63,013 nt of DNA from assembly GCA_964435965.1 (NCBI GenBank), contig CAYTBB010000002.1:1-63013 (forward strand), in the 5' to 3' direction. Of the stretch, positions 41,886 to 51,624 are shown piece after piece (position 1 is the first letter of the stretch; every line of letters begins with the position of its first letter). The notes below the pieces were generated by a model. It searched no databases. It saw only the letters and a list, made by a program, of their open reading frames with translations, and was not told the origin of the DNA. Made by a program: the position numbers and the translations under genes. This DNA is from an uncultured Dehalococcoidales bacterium (GTDB lineage Bacteria > Chloroflexota > Dehalococcoidia > GIF9 > AB-539-J10).

Positions 41886-41992
41886 CTTTTTCTTTCTCCA
41901 CTTAACAACTGAGCCCAATAGGTAACCTCCCGTCACTCACCAGATATTAGCCTTCATCATATCAGTTTTCAGCTAATTGCTGACTGCTCCTA

Positions 41993-42277
41993 TTAAACAC
42001 CTTCAAAAAAGGTGATTTTATTTTCCGGCTCTAAGCTAACTATCGCTTTCTTCCAAGATGGGCTTGTCACTTCTCGCCTACCCATTCTCTTCGTCTTACC
42101 TGAAACAGTTATTATATTAACCTTAACTACCTTCACCTTAAAAGCTTTCTCCACTGCCTCTTTAATCTGAGGCTTAGTAGCTTCCTTAGCCACCTCAAGG
42201 ACATATTTATTCCCTTCCTTAAGCAAGGTAGCTTTCTCCGTAATTAAAGGACGACGCAACACCTCATAAAGATGCAT
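41993..42277 (-). CDS. rplW: 50S ribosomal protein L23
   Basis: ..LRRPLITEKAT.L... Position between rplD and rplB. Confidence 0.92.
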   Translation of the reverse strand: MHLYEVLRRPLITEKATLLKEGNKYVLEVAKEATKPQIKEAVEKAFKVKVVKVNIITVSGKTKRMGRREVTSPSWKKAIVSLEPENKITFFEGV

Positions 42278-42911
42278 TTTTAATTACCTCTCGCCCCCAG
42301 ATTCTCTCTATATTACGTACCGCCGGAACAGTAATTATTAGCGTTTTATAAGAAAGTAAATCCAATACGTTAATTAGAGCGGAAGGCAGGACCTTAGTAT
42401 TAGCTAAATTACGAGCCGCTTTAACTACATTACGATTGGAATGCTGAGTAACAATTAAAGCAGTGGAATCAACATCAAGTGCCGACAGAATATCAATCAC
42501 GTCTTTCGTCCGTGGCATTTCAAAGGCAAGCTCTTCTATTACCTTCATATCTCTCTCCCTAGCTTTAGAGGAAAGAACACACTTTAAGGCTAAGCGCCTC
42601 ATCTTCTTAGGCATGGATTGATAATATGACCGCGGTTTAGGCCCAAAAACTACTCCTCCGCCCCTGAGCAGGGGTGATTTTATATCTCCCCTCCTCGCCC
42701 TGCCGGTATGCTTCTGGGAAAAAAGTTTCCTTGTACTTCCCCTAACTTCACCCCTCGTCTTCGTAGATGCGGTTCCTTGACGCTTATTAGCTAGCTGCCT
42801 CACCATTGCCTGATGAACCACCGCTTCATTAAAGGAAATGCCAAAAACATCCTCACCAAGGTCCACTTGGTCAACAACCTCACCCTTTAAACTATAAACA
42901 GGAACTCGCAT
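42264..42911 (-). CDS. rplD: 50S ribosomal protein L4
   Basis: ..RQGTASTKTRGEVRGSTRK...QKHTGRAR.G. Confidence 0.92.
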   Translation of the reverse strand: MRVPVYSLKGEVVDQVDLGEDVFGISFNEAVVHQAMVRQLANKRQGTASTKTRGEVRGSTRKLFSQKHTGRARRGDIKSPLLRGGGVVFGPKPRSYYQSMPKKMRRLALKCVLSSKARERDMKVIEELAFEMPRTKDVIDILSALDVDSTALIVTQHSNRNVVKAARNLANTKVLPSALINVLDLLSYKTLIITVPAVRNIERIWGREVIKNASL

Positions 42912-42914
42912 TTT

Positions 42915-43532
42915 CTACTTCCCCACCTTTTCAATAATTAGCAACCCTTTCCTGGCCCCAGGCACTGCTCCTTCGATCAGAAGCAAGTTACGGCTTATGT
43001 CAACCCCTACCACTTCAAGATTATGTACAGTAGTTTTCCTATCTCCCATATGCCCAGCCATGCGCATCCCCTTAAGCACTCGACCAGGAAATGTAGTGGC
43101 GCCAATAGAACCAGGAGCACGATGGCGGTCAGATTGCCCATGAGTTTTTGGCCCACCAGCAAAATGGTGGCGCTTCACCACGCCAGCAAAGCCCTTCCCC
43201 TTGGATAAGCCGCTTATATTTACAAAGTCACCCAAGTTCAGGAGGCTGACATCCACTTTATCACCACGCTTAACTGAACTTACCTCCTCAGTTCTAAATT
43301 CATGGAGATGCCTAACCTTGCCTATCCCCTGAAGATGTCCTCTTTGTGGAGCATTGAGACGCTTAGCTTCCCCAAAACCTAGCTGGATAGCGTTATAACC
43401 ATCTTTAGCCTGGCTTTTTACCTGGGTAACAAAGCAAGGTCCAGCTTCGACGGCAGTTACTGCTACTGCCGCTCCATCCTCGCGGAACAGCCGTGTCATA
43501 CCAACTTTTCTGCCAATAATACCTGAAAACAT
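42915..43532 (-). CDS. rplC: 50S ribosomal protein L3
   Basis: ..IIGRKVGMTRLF.. and ..GKGFAGVVKRHHFAGGPKTHGQSDRHRAPGSIG. Confidence 0.93.
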   Translation of the reverse strand: MFSGIIGRKVGMTRLFREDGAAVAVTAVEAGPCFVTQVKSQAKDGYNAIQLGFGEAKRLNAPQRGHLQGIGKVRHLHEFRTEEVSSVKRGDKVDVSLLNLGDFVNISGLSKGKGFAGVVKRHHFAGGPKTHGQSDRHRAPGSIGATTFPGRVLKGMRMAGHMGDRKTTVHNLEVVGVDISRNLLLIEGAVPGARKGLLIIEKVGK

Positions 43533-43539
43533 AGCTTTA

Positions 43540-43848
43540 CTATAACTTGATATCTATCTCCACACCAGAAGCCAAATTGATTTGGGTCAAAGCGTCTATA
43601 GTTTTAGAAGTTGGCTGCAAAATATCGATCAGCCGTTTGTGAGTGCGAATTTCAAATTGCTCCCTCGAATCCTTATCAATGTTTGGAGAGCGGATGACAC
43701 AAAATTTCTCTATATGCGTAGGTAAAGGCACCGGGCCAACAACTATGGCTCCACTACGTTCTACCGCTTCCACTATCTGCCTTACTGCTTGGTCAACTAA
43801 CCTATGATCGAAACCTTTGATTTTGACGCGAACTTTCTGACTACTCAT
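43540..43848 (-). CDS. rpsJ: 30S ribosomal protein S10
   Basis: ..[16 protein letters not shown]...IV and ..PLPT....F.V.RSP...[16 protein letters not shown]. Confidence 0.93.
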   Translation of the reverse strand: MSSQKVRVKIKGFDHRLVDQAVRQIVEAVERSGAIVVGPVPLPTHIEKFCVIRSPNIDKDSREQFEIRTHKRLIDILQPTSKTIDALTQINLASGVEIDIKL

Positions 43849-45921
43849 CTACCTAGCACTGGCCACAATTTGCCCGGTTAAACTGGGGGGCAATTCTTCA
43901 TAACGATAAAATTCCATAGTATAAGTTGCTCTCCCTTGACTGAGAGATCTCAAGCCACCAATAAGGCCAAAAGTTTTCGCTAAGGGAATAAAACAGCGAA
44001 TAACGCAGGGATCTTCACTAGTCTCAATGCTATCAATGCGAGCTCTTCGGGAATTTAAATCGCTAATGACATCTCCCAAGGATTGAGTCGGAACTAATAC
44101 CTCCGCCTTCATAATTGGTTCCAAGAGTATGGGCTTGGCTTTAGCTACACCACTCTTCACTGCCATGGAACCTGCTATCTTAAAAGCCAGATCTGAGGAA
44201 TCAACCTCGTGGAAACTGCCATCATACAAAATCACTTTAATATCTACTATAGGATACCCGGTCAATTGTCCGCTTTGCAAAGCCTCCTTAACCCCGATTG
44301 CCACTGCAGGGATAAATTCTTTGGGCACAGCTCCGCTTCGGATTTGGTCACAAAACTCGAAACCACTGCCTCGCTCACTAGGCTCAAGTCTAAGCCAGAC
44401 ATGCCCATACTGCCCTTTGCCACCAGATTGGTGAATAAATCTCCCCTCAGCTTCTACAGATAGAGTAATCGTCTCTTTATAAGCTACTTGAGGCTTGCCA
44501 ATTTTTACCTTCACACCAAACTCACGAAACATGCGCTCCGCCAATACCTCAAGGTGCAATTCACCCATCCCTGAAATGAGAACCTGACCTGTTTCTGGGT
44601 TGCTGTGAACCTTAAAGGTAGGATCCTCCTCAGTAAGTTTAGCTAGAACATCAGCTAACTTATCTTGGTCTGCTTTTCTCTTGGGCTCGATGGCCATTGA
44701 AAGTATCGGCTCAGAGAAATGGATGGATTCAAAAAGCACAGGTCGAGCAGCATCACAAAGGGTATCTCCTGTAGACGTCCTCCTAAGCCCCACAGTAGCT
44801 ACAATGCTGCCAGTATCAGCTTCATCGACCTCTTCGCGACGATCGGCATGCATAAGATACAACCTTCCCAAACGTTCTTTCTCTCCCTTGGAAACATTAA
44901 TAACCTGTGCCCCAGCCTTTACCTTGCCCGAATATATGCGTAGGTAGGTTAACCGGCCCATAAACGGATCAGAAACAACCTTAAAGGCTAAAGCTGAAAG
45001 GGGCTCATCGTCGCTTGTGCGACAAAAGATTTTTCCCCCATCTCTGGGATTTATAGCACACGCAGAGGGAATATCCAAAGGCGAAGGGAGATAGGCTACA
45101 ATAGCATCAAGCAAAGGTTGAATTCCCTTACCTCTCAAAGCACTGCCACAAAGAATAGGCACTATCTGGTTAGCTATGGTCAATCTTCTTATCACTGTTT
45201 TGAGTTGAGAAACAGGAATTTCTTGACCCTCAAGATACTTAAGCATGATCTGGTCATCGCTTTCAGCTAATTTTTCCATGAGCGCTTGGCGGTATTTAGC
45301 CACAACAGTTTTATCACCTTCCGGTATAGCTTCCTCCACTGGCATCAGATAAGGATCGTCGGGAAAAGTAATTGCCTTGTTCTCCACAAGGTCGATAATC
45401 CCTCGGAAGGAACTCTCAGCACCCAAAGGAAGCTGTATGGGTAAAACCTTGGCTCGCAATCGTTTCTCAATCATAGTGACTGCGCGATAAAAATCAGCAC
45501 CAACCCTATCCATCTTATTAATAAAGCAAATCCTGGCTACATTGTACTTATCTGCTTGGCGCCACACTGCCTCCGATTGAGCTTCTACTCCAGCCACAGC
45601 ATCAAGAATCACAACCCCACCATCCAATACCCGAAGGCTACGTTCCACCTCAACTGTGAAGTCCACATGTCCCGGGGTATCGATGATGTTGATGCGCTGC
45701 TGGCGCCAGTGGCAAGTGGTAGCTGCCGAAGTAATGGTAATGCCACGTTCCCGCTCTTGCTGCATCCAATCCATCACCGCTGTTCCTTCATCCACCTCGC
45801 CGATCTTATAAGTACGCCCAGTGTGATAAAGAATCCTCTCCGTGATGGTAGTTTTGCCAGCATCTATATGAGCAATGATTCCTATATTTCGTATCTCTTC
45901 TAAAGGGAAAGTCCGTGACAT
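43849..45921 (-). CDS. fusA: translation elongation factor G
   Basis: MSRTFPLEEIRNIGIIAHIDAGKTT, DTPGHVDF and NKMDR. The start was trimmed to ATG 45921 (AAAGGA RBS). The stop codon directly abuts the rpsJ start. Confidence 0.93.
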   Translation of the reverse strand: MSRTFPLEEIRNIGIIAHIDAGKTTITERILYHTGRTYKIGEVDEGTAVMDWMQQERERGITITSAATTCHWRQQRINIIDTPGHVDFTVEVERSLRVLDGGVVILDAVAGVEAQSEAVWRQADKYNVARICFINKMDRVGADFYRAVTMIEKRLRAKVLPIQLPLGAESSFRGIIDLVENKAITFPDDPYLMPVEEAIPEGDKTVVAKYRQALMEKLAESDDQIMLKYLEGQEIPVSQLKTVIRRLTIANQIVPILCGSALRGKGIQPLLDAIVAYLPSPLDIPSACAINPRDGGKIFCRTSDDEPLSALAFKVVSDPFMGRLTYLRIYSGKVKAGAQVINVSKGEKERLGRLYLMHADRREEVDEADTGSIVATVGLRRTSTGDTLCDAARPVLFESIHFSEPILSMAIEPKRKADQDKLADVLAKLTEEDPTFKVHSNPETGQVLISGMGELHLEVLAERMFREFGVKVKIGKPQVAYKETITLSVEAEGRFIHQSGGKGQYGHVWLRLEPSERGSGFEFCDQIRSGAVPKEFIPAVAIGVKEALQSGQLTGYPIVDIKVILYDGSFHEVDSSDLAFKIAGSMAVKSGVAKAKPILLEPIMKAEVLVPTQSLGDVISDLNSRRARIDSIETSEDPCVIRCFIPLAKTFGLIGGLRSLSQGRATYTMEFYRYEELPPSLTGQIVASAR

Positions 45922-45963
45922 AAGCTTATCCTTTACCTCGAGTACCGCATTCACTCTATTTTC

Positions 45964-46437
45964 TCACCAGCGATAATGAGCAAAGGCTTTGTTAGCCTCA
46001 GCCATCCTATGAAGATTCTCGCGTTTCTTAATTGTTGCTCCTTGGCCCTGAGCAGCGTCGGTTAACTCAGCTGCTAACTTCTCCGCCATAGACTTTCCAC
46101 TACGCACCCGCGCCGAGGCAATGAGCCAGCGCATGGCCAGAGCGCGCCCACGACCTCTTTCCGTCTCAACGGGGACCTGATAAGTAGCACCGCCAACACG
46201 ACGTGGCTTAACCATAATCATCGGCGTGGCATTCCCAATCGCCTGTTCCAAAGCTTCCACAGGATCCCTATTGAGTTGCTGAGCAGTAAACAGCAGGGCA
46301 TCGTAGATAATACGCTCAGCTGTAGCTTTTTGCCCCCTCAGCATAATCTTATTAATAAATTTAGCCACCGTGAGGCTGCCATATTTAGCATCAGGAGCTA
46401 TCACTCTTTTTACTACTTTCCCAGCTCTCCTTGGCAT
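45964..46437 (-). CDS. rpsG: 30S ribosomal protein S7
   Basis: MPRRAGKVVKRVIAPDAKYGS.. and a C-terminal ..ANKAFAHYRW. Confidence 0.93.
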   Translation of the reverse strand: MPRRAGKVVKRVIAPDAKYGSLTVAKFINKIMLRGQKATAERIIYDALLFTAQQLNRDPVEALEQAIGNATPMIMVKPRRVGGATYQVPVETERGRGRALAMRWLIASARVRSGKSMAEKLAAELTDAAQGQGATIKKRENLHRMAEANKAFAHYRW

Positions 46438-46449
46438 TTAATACCCTCG

Positions 46450-46866
46450 CTACTTTTCCGGTTTCTTAGAGCCATACCCACTGCGGCCTCGTTTCCGGTT
46501 AGCCACTCCCTCAGCATCCAAAGTGCCACGAATAATATGATAGCGAATTCCAGGAACATCCTTAACTCTGCCTCCACGAATCAAAACTATCGACCTCTCT
46601 TGTAAGTTATGCCCTTCGCCAGGAATGTAAGCATTCACTTCCATACCATTAGTTAACCTTACACGGGCAACCTTACGCAGTGCTGAGTTAGGCTTTTTAG
46701 GCGTAACAGTCTTAACCTGAATGCAAACGCCTCGTTTCTGAGGCGACCCTTGAGTCCTCCTGCTCTCGCCTTTCATAGCATTATACCTAAGATGCAACGC
46801 TAAAGCCTTAGTTCGCTTGCCAGGCTTTCGTCGCCCCTTACGAACAAGCTGATTAACTGTTGACAT
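46450..46866 (-). CDS. rpsL: 30S ribosomal protein S12
   Basis: [15 protein letters not shown]..., [16 protein letters not shown]. The start was trimmed. Confidence 0.93.
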   Translation of the reverse strand: MSTVNQLVRKGRRKPGKRTKALALHLRYNAMKGESRRTQGSPQKRGVCIQVKTVTPKKPNSALRKVARVRLTNGMEVNAYIPGEGHNLQERSIVLIRGGRVKDVPGIRYHIIRGTLDAEGVANRKRGRSGYGSKKPEK

Positions 46867-47009
46867 TCCTACAACCGCTGATATTTTAGGCAATCAAAAA
46901 GCCGCCTAGTCATATCCGGTCTACTTACTTCAAAACCCTACCCGGCTTCAACTAGCCGACTTCCTTAGACCTATAACCTTTTTTACTTTTCAGTAGACGC
47001 CAAGTTTTT

Positions 47010-47039
47010 ATTTTAACATAAGAAAATAATAAAGGTCAA
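47010..47039 (-). promoter_or_regulatory. candidate sigma70-type promoter of the rpsL-led ribosomal superoperon
   Basis: On the - strand: TTGACC (47039-47034), an 18-nt spacer, then TAAAAT (47015-47010). About 140 nt of leader follow, with nested inverted repeats (GGTCTA...TAGACC enclosing CGGCT-agttga-AGCCG). Confidence 0.4.
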
Positions 47040-47204
47040 CTAAACAAGTTTGGGCTTACAAATTGATGGCAACCGCCCTGACATTTTCTGGCGGTCAAAA
47101 AGGGAGCCATGTCATTGGAAGAGCAACTTGAAAGAGAAAGGCTTTGAGGAGTTGAATAATAAGGGGCTATAATGCTCAAATTAAGGACTAAATAAAATAA
47201 TAAG

Positions 47205-49076
47205 ATGAAAAGCCTTAATAATATCTTAACCCAAGTTTCCAAACCTGCTCGCTATACCGGAGGCGAGTGGAATAGCATCGCTAAGGAATGGGAAATAACA
47301 CCTATTAGAATTGCCTTGTGCTATCCCGAGGTCTATGAAATTGGCATGTCTAATCTGGCGTTACCCATCCTCTATGAGATACTGAATTATCAGCCAGATG
47401 TATTGGCAGAGAGAGTTTACGCTCCTTGGGTAGACATGGAAACTGCTTTGCAAAAACAAAATATGCCACTTTTCAGCTTAGAATCTAAACACCTAGTAAA
47501 GGAATTTGATATTCTTGGCTTTTCTTTAGGCTATGAGCTTACTTACACCAATGTGTTAAACATCCTCAACTTAGCTCAAATTCCCTTATTTAGCTCCCAG
47601 AGGGAAGATCCATACCCACTAGTAATAGCCGGTGGTAGTTGTGCTCTTAATCCAGAGCCAATGGCTGACTTCATCGACCTGTTTGTAATTGGTGAAGGCG
47701 AGGAAGTAATACTGGAATTACTTGAAGTCTTTAGGGCATATAGGGGCAATAAAAGAAAGCTACTGCATCAAGCCGCTAAACTTAACGGCGTTTATATCCC
47801 TAGCTTCTACCAAGTCAACTACAGAAAAGATGGCACTATAAATAGTATTACGCCCAAGATACCTGAAGCTAAACCAAGGATTCACCGCAGGATAGTAACT
47901 AAACTACCACCCCCGGTCACTAAGCCAGTTATTCCCTACATCGAGGTAGTGCATGACCACGGTAATGTGGAAATTCAGCGGGGTTGTACTCAAGGTTGCC
48001 GCTTCTGCCAAGCAGGGATGATTTACCGGCCAGTGCGAGAACGCCCGCAGGAAGAAATTATAGACGCTGTAGGTAAGCTATTAAAATATTGTGGCTATAA
48101 TGAGGTGTCTTTGTTTTCCCTTAGCACTGGGGATTATCCTGCTATCAAGGAAATCATTGCCGAACTATCACATCAGTATTGTGGAGAATGTCCTTCGCTG
48201 CCCCTTCGCTTTGCTCAGGGCTCCGGCTCAGGACAGGGCTTGACTTTGTCCTTACCCAGCCTGCGCCTAAATACGTCTGCAGTGAAGGTAATGGGTTTAC
48301 TACCTTCACAACGCAAAATAACTCTGACCTTTGCTCCCGAGGCAGGGAGTGAAAGATTACGTCGCATCATTAACAAAAAAATCTCCGAAGAGGCAATATT
48401 GGAAATACTAACTGCCGCCTTGGATAGAGGCTGGACAAATCTCAAGTTATATTTCATGGTGGGGTTGCCCAGTGAAACCATGGACGACGTGCGTAGCATT
48501 ATTGGACTAGTAACCAAGATACGCCACTTAGGACAAAAATTTAGACTGCAAATTAGCACTTCTACCTTTATTCCCAAGCCCCATACCCCTTGCCAATGGT
48601 TAGCCCAAGAAACAGAGGAGCAGCTACTCCCCAAATATGACATATTAAAGCAAGCGTTGCGACGCGAACGAGTGAGATTCTCATGGTCTGACCCTAAGAT
48701 AAGCCAAATTGAAGCAGCTTTATCCCGAGGTGACCGCCGCTTGGCTAAGGTTATCTATCACGCCTGGCAACTGGGCTGCAAATTCGATGCTTGGGGTGAA
48801 CACTTTAACTATCAAAGGTGGCTTGACTCTTTTAAGCAGTATGAACTCGATCCTTCCTTCTATGCTAATCGAGAGCGAGGCCTGGATGAGATATTGCCTT
48901 GGGATCACATTGATATCGGGGTAACTCCTGAGTTCCTTAAAAGAGAGTATCATAACCTCTGGCAGGAAAAGCAGACTCCAGATTGTCATCAGGGAAAGTG
49001 TAACGGTTGTGGCTTACAGAGGTGGCAACCTATCTGCCAAGACAAATATAAAATGCGTGAGGCTTTCCCGCCTTAA
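47205..49076 (+). CDS. radical SAM protein with an N-terminal B12-binding-like domain (TIGR03960-like family, function unknown)
   Basis: IQRGCTQGCRFCQAGMIYRPVRER carries the CX3CX2C radical SAM motif. 623 aa. Confidence 0.8.
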   Translation: MKSLNNILTQVSKPARYTGGEWNSIAKEWEITPIRIALCYPEVYEIGMSNLALPILYEILNYQPDVLAERVYAPWVDMETALQKQNMPLFSLESKHLVKEFDILGFSLGYELTYTNVLNILNLAQIPLFSSQREDPYPLVIAGGSCALNPEPMADFIDLFVIGEGEEVILELLEVFRAYRGNKRKLLHQAAKLNGVYIPSFYQVNYRKDGTINSITPKIPEAKPRIHRRIVTKLPPPVTKPVIPYIEVVHDHGNVEIQRGCTQGCRFCQAGMIYRPVRERPQEEIIDAVGKLLKYCGYNEVSLFSLSTGDYPAIKEIIAELSHQYCGECPSLPLRFAQGSGSGQGLTLSLPSLRLNTSAVKVMGLLPSQRKITLTFAPEAGSERLRRIINKKISEEAILEILTAALDRGWTNLKLYFMVGLPSETMDDVRSIIGLVTKIRHLGQKFRLQISTSTFIPKPHTPCQWLAQETEEQLLPKYDILKQALRRERVRFSWSDPKISQIEAALSRGDRRLAKVIYHAWQLGCKFDAWGEHFNYQRWLDSFKQYELDPSFYANRERGLDEILPWDHIDIGVTPEFLKREYHNLWQEKQTPDCHQGKCNGCGLQRWQPICQDKYKMREAFPP

Positions 49077-49172
49077 TGTAGTGCGACCCTTTAGGGTCAT
49101 GCCGTCATTATTATACACGTTCTTAATAAAGGGTTAGACCTAGCTCCCATAAAATATCGCCTATGGACACCT

Positions 49173-51608
49173 TTATGACTTTATCACCAAGCTACCTATA
49201 GTAGTGATAGAAACTATGCTATCACCTTCAGCCAAGGCCATTATATGTACACCACGCCCCTTCCGCCTCTGAACTGAGACCTGCTCGAGGGGAATAAACT
49301 CAACATTAGCCCCACTTGACAACATCACCAAATATCCTTCATCTTTGCTCACAATCCTAGCCGCCACTATCTTACCCGTTTTGTCACTCACTCTATGGGC
49401 TTGGATTCCTTTCCCTCCCCTCTGCTGGATAGGATACCACCCTACGGAAGTTAACTTGCCAAAACCTCTCTCGGTCACTGTCAGCAGATAAGCATCGGGG
49501 AAAACAGTGTCCATACCGACAAGGCAATCGTCGGTCAGATGAATACCACGAACACCGCCACTGCTACGAGACGCAGTTCTCAGGTTTTTAACTTTAAATT
49601 TAATAGCTCGCCCATTTTGACTTACTAGAATAACATCATCTAAATCGGTAACTATCCTAGCTGCCACCAGCTCATCATTATTCTTGAGTCCCATAGCAAT
49701 AAGCCCACTTCGCCTGATGGAAGCAAATTCAGCCAGGGAGGTCTTCTTTATCACACCAGCCTTGGTTGCCATTAATAAGAATTCATTGGAGGGAAAATCT
49801 GCCACAGCCAGTAATGCAGTTACTTTGTCTTTCAGGTCAAGGGGCAATAAGTTAACCAGCGCTATACCTCTAGCAGTTCGAGACGAATCCCCAGGAATCT
49901 CATAGCACTTAAGGCAATAAACCTTGCCTCGAACAGTGAAAAGGAGTAAATTGTCATGTGTATCGGCGGCCAAAATATGGCTCACCGCAACACCCTCACG
50001 GGTCATCATTCCAATGACTCCTCTTCCTCCACGGCGCTGTAGCCGGTAGGTGCTAGCAGGAAGCCTTTTAATAAATCCTTGGCTGCTAAACGTAACTATC
50101 ACTCTCTGGTGGGGAACAAGATCTTCCTGACGAAACTCTGTAACCTCCTCCTCGCTAATTAAAGTGCACCGCTTGTCGCCATACTTGGATTTCAGCTGAG
50201 CAACATCTTGCTTGATGCGGAACAATATCTTTCTAGGATTAGCTAATAGGTCCTCTAAGTAGGAAATATCCTTCACTACTCCAGTATATTCTTGGGCTAT
50301 TTTTTCCCGCTCTAGCCCAGCCAAGCGGCGCAGCGGCATATCAAGGACAGCTTGTGCCTGATCTTGGGATAAACTAAAAACAGTCATTAAATTGGCACGA
50401 GCAGCGTCAACTGTCTCAGATTGCCGAATAAGTCTAATCACTTGCTCTAGGTTATCTAGAGCGATCCTAAAGCCTTCAAGAATGTGAGCTCTATTCCTCG
50501 CCTTTTCAAGCTCAAATTGGGACCTCCTGGTAATAACCTCATGACGAAAATCAATGTAGCAAGTTAAGGCTTCCTTAAGATTAATTACTTTTGGTCGCCC
50601 TTTAACCAGAGCAACCATATTGATAAAAAAGGCAGATTGCATTATGGTATTCTTATACAGATTATTAAGTACTTGCTGGGGTTGCGCCTCCTTTCTGAGT
50701 TCAATGATAAGACGCATGCCCTCCCTGTCCGACTCATCACGCACTTCAGCTATCCCGGCGATTTTTCTCCCTTTAACTAGCCCAGCTATTTTCTCTACCA
50801 AAGCTGCTTTGTTTACTTGATAGGGAAGTTCGGTAATGACTAATTTGCTCTTACCCTCTTTGGTGCTTACTACATCGGCTTTAGCTCGAATTACAACTTT
50901 TCCTTGCCCGGTAGCATAAGCATTCTTTATCCCCTCTTTCCCCAAAATTACGGCTGCCGTAGGGAAATCAGGACCTTGGATAAACTCCATTAGCTCATCT
51001 GTGGTGGCTTGTGGGTTGTCAATTAAGTAGGCGATAGCATCGCATACCTCCCCCAGGTTGTGCGGTGGGATGTTAGTTGCCATGCCTACAGCTATGCCTG
51101 AGGAACCGTTAACTAATAAGTTAGGCAACCTAGCCGGCAAGACGGATGGTTCCTTGAGGGAATCATCAAAATTGGAAACGAAGGTAACAGTATTTTTATC
51201 AATGTCGCCCAGCATCTCTCCAGCGATTTCAGAAAGCCGAGCCTCGGTGTACCTCATCGCTGCCGGCGGATCATTATCAATGCTGCCGAAATTACCCTGG
51301 CCATCAATCAAAACATATCTCAAGGAGAAATCTTGTGCCATGCGCACCATAGCTTCATATACGGGGGCATCTCCATGGGGATGGTATTTCCCCAGAACTT
51401 CACCCACAATTCGAGCGCTCTTTTTGTGCGGACCATTATGATGCAGTCCCAATCCATCTATGGCATATAAAATACGCCGCTGCACCGGCTTTAGGCCATC
51501 ACGCACATCCGGTAATGCTCGAGAGACGATAACGCTCATAGCATAGTCCAGATAGGAGCTTTTCATCTCCTGCTCAATATCAACAGGCTTTACTATCCCA
51601 ATTTCCAT
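49173..51608 (-). CDS. gyrA: DNA gyrase subunit A
   Basis: [36 protein letters not shown], and C-terminal beta-pinwheel repeats. Confidence 0.93.
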   Translation of the reverse strand: MEIGIVKPVDIEQEMKSSYLDYAMSVIVSRALPDVRDGLKPVQRRILYAIDGLGLHHNGPHKKSARIVGEVLGKYHPHGDAPVYEAMVRMAQDFSLRYVLIDGQGNFGSIDNDPPAAMRYTEARLSEIAGEMLGDIDKNTVTFVSNFDDSLKEPSVLPARLPNLLVNGSSGIAVGMATNIPPHNLGEVCDAIAYLIDNPQATTDELMEFIQGPDFPTAAVILGKEGIKNAYATGQGKVVIRAKADVVSTKEGKSKLVITELPYQVNKAALVEKIAGLVKGRKIAGIAEVRDESDREGMRLIIELRKEAQPQQVLNNLYKNTIMQSAFFINMVALVKGRPKVINLKEALTCYIDFRHEVITRRSQFELEKARNRAHILEGFRIALDNLEQVIRLIRQSETVDAARANLMTVFSLSQDQAQAVLDMPLRRLAGLEREKIAQEYTGVVKDISYLEDLLANPRKILFRIKQDVAQLKSKYGDKRCTLISEEEVTEFRQEDLVPHQRVIVTFSSQGFIKRLPASTYRLQRRGGRGVIGMMTREGVAVSHILAADTHDNLLLFTVRGKVYCLKCYEIPGDSSRTARGIALVNLLPLDLKDKVTALLAVADFPSNEFLLMATKAGVIKKTSLAEFASIRRSGLIAMGLKNNDELVAARIVTDLDDVILVSQNGRAIKFKVKNLRTASRSSGGVRGIHLTDDCLVGMDTVFPDAYLLTVTERGFGKLTSVGWYPIQQRGGKGIQAHRVSDKTGKIVAARIVSKDEGYLVMLSSGANVEFIPLEQVSVQRRKGRGVHIMALAEGDSIVSITTIGSLVIKS

Positions 51609-51624
51609 TGTCAGTTGTCAGCTA

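Noticed and set aside
47036-47242. 68-aa - strand ORF upstream of rpsL.
   Set aside because: It lies in the AT-rich divergent promoter region, overlaps the start of the radical SAM gene, and has a low-complexity hydrophobic sequence.
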